From the NCBI GenBank assembly GCA_950097015.1, contig CATNEN010000039.1, forward strand, positions 19,406,001 through 19,470,000: DNA of 64,000 nucleotides, written 5' to 3'. This DNA is from Macrostomum hystrix (lineage: Eukaryota > Animalia > Platyhelminthes). Within the stretch, counting starts at the first letter, position 1, and each line of letters starts with the position of its first letter. The notes below the pieces were generated by a model. The model was not told the DNA's origin. It ran no database searches and saw only the letters and a program-made list of their open reading frames with translations. A program made the position numbers and the translations under genes. Below, one piece after another: positions 62,820 to 64,000 of this stretch.

Positions 62820-63643
62820 TTCACTCTCAGCCTTTTAGTCACTCTCAGTCTCTCTCAGTCACTCTCAGTCACTCTCAATCACTCTAGGGCACTCTCAATC
62901 ACTCTCAGTCACTCTCAGTCACTCTCAGTCACTCTCAGTCTCTCTCAGTCACTCTCAGTCACTCTCAGTCTCTCTCAGTCACTCTCAGTCACTCTCAGTC
63001 ACTCTCAATCACTCTCAGTCACTCTCAATCACTCTCAGTCACTCTCAGTCACTCCCAGTCACTCTCAGCTTTCTAGTCACTCTCAGTCACTCTCAGTCAC
63101 TCTCAGTCACTCTCAGTCACTCTCAGTCACTCTCAGTCACTCTCAGTCACTCTCAATCACTCTCAGTCACTCTCAGTCACTCTCAGTCACTCTCAGTCAC
63201 TCTCAATCACTCTCAGTCACTCTCAGTCACCCTCAGTCACTCTCAGTCACCCTCAATCACTCTCAGTCACTCTCAGTCACTCTCAGTCACTCTCAATCAC
63301 TCTCAGTCACTCTCAATCACTCTCAGTCACTCTCAATCACTCTCAATCACTCTCAGTCACTCTCAGTCACTCTCAGTCACTCTCAGCTTTCTAGTCACTC
63401 TCAGTCACTCTCAATCACTCTCAGTCACTCTCAATCACTCCCAATCACTCTCAGTCACTCTCAGTCACTCTCAGTCACTCTCAGTCACTCTCAGTCACTC
63501 TCAGTCACTCTCAGTCACTCTCAGTCACTCTCAATCACTCTCAGTCACTCTCAGTCACCCTCAGTCACTCTCAGTCACCCTCAGTCACTCTTAGTCACTC
63601 TCAATCACTCTCAGTCACTCTCAGTCACTCTCAGTCACTCTCA
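62820..63643. repeat. 10-bp minisatellite (CACTCTCAGT)
   Basis: Tandem array seen directly. Confidence 0.97.
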
Positions 63644-64000
63644 AAATTTGTAATTTGTAAATGCCAATACTTGCTGTGGTTAGATCCTAAATCATTGTTG
63701 TCTTTAGAAGCGAATAGTTTTCTAGGAAGGAAATCGTAATGGGTTTCGAGTAGACTGCGTAAATATTTAGTTTTCAAAGGCTTTTCGGCTCGTTACAGAC
63801 CTTATTCTTCGCACATCATTAATAACACCGACGCGTTGCTAACCTAGCGTCGGTGTGTTTTTGTCTATTTTTTTTCTCTGATCAGACGAACACGGTACGG
63901 TTGGGGATGGGGCCAGCTAGGCAATGCTTGCCTCCCTCCTTCCCAGAATCCAATTTGCAAGTCTTGTCGGAATCCTCATAGCCTATGCTTGTTTTGGAAG

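Noticed and set aside
58397-63653. R/E/G-rich, RDSG, polyQ/polyC and SQSLSV ORFs
   Set aside because: Simple-repeat translations without supporting exon structure.

Overview
Intron-rich animal genomic DNA: GC-rich exons, GT-AG introns, AT-rich spacers and about 25 different minisatellite arrays. The overall style suggests a free-living flatworm such as Macrostomum, but this is inference. Genes reconstructed by hand from splice sites and reading-frame phase: the 3' part of an M13/neprilysin-like gene lacking its zinc ligands (+); a 2-exon Gln-rich gene of unknown function (-); five head-to-tail minus-strand genes (EMC4, DUSP15/22-like, WDR74, NOP14, NEK8-like); and a 12-exon lamin-tail intermediate filament gene (+) with an 18-nt micro-exon. 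Mobile DNA: a head-to-tail dimer of a satellite-carrying non-autonomous Helitron, a deleted mariner, a hAT MITE, two TA-flanked MITE-like elements, tRNA-derived SINEs and a decayed Crypton-like fragment. Two observations stand out. First, a complete minimal hammerhead ribozyme sits between a tRNA-type A-box and B-box (7421-7320, minus strand). Second, in the putative operon WDR74 and NOP14 begin in phase 0 directly at a splice acceptor, as expected if a flatworm spliced leader ending in AUG supplies the start codon. Most long ORFs in the supplied track are minisatellite artefacts. No database searches were run; family calls rest on recognised motifs.
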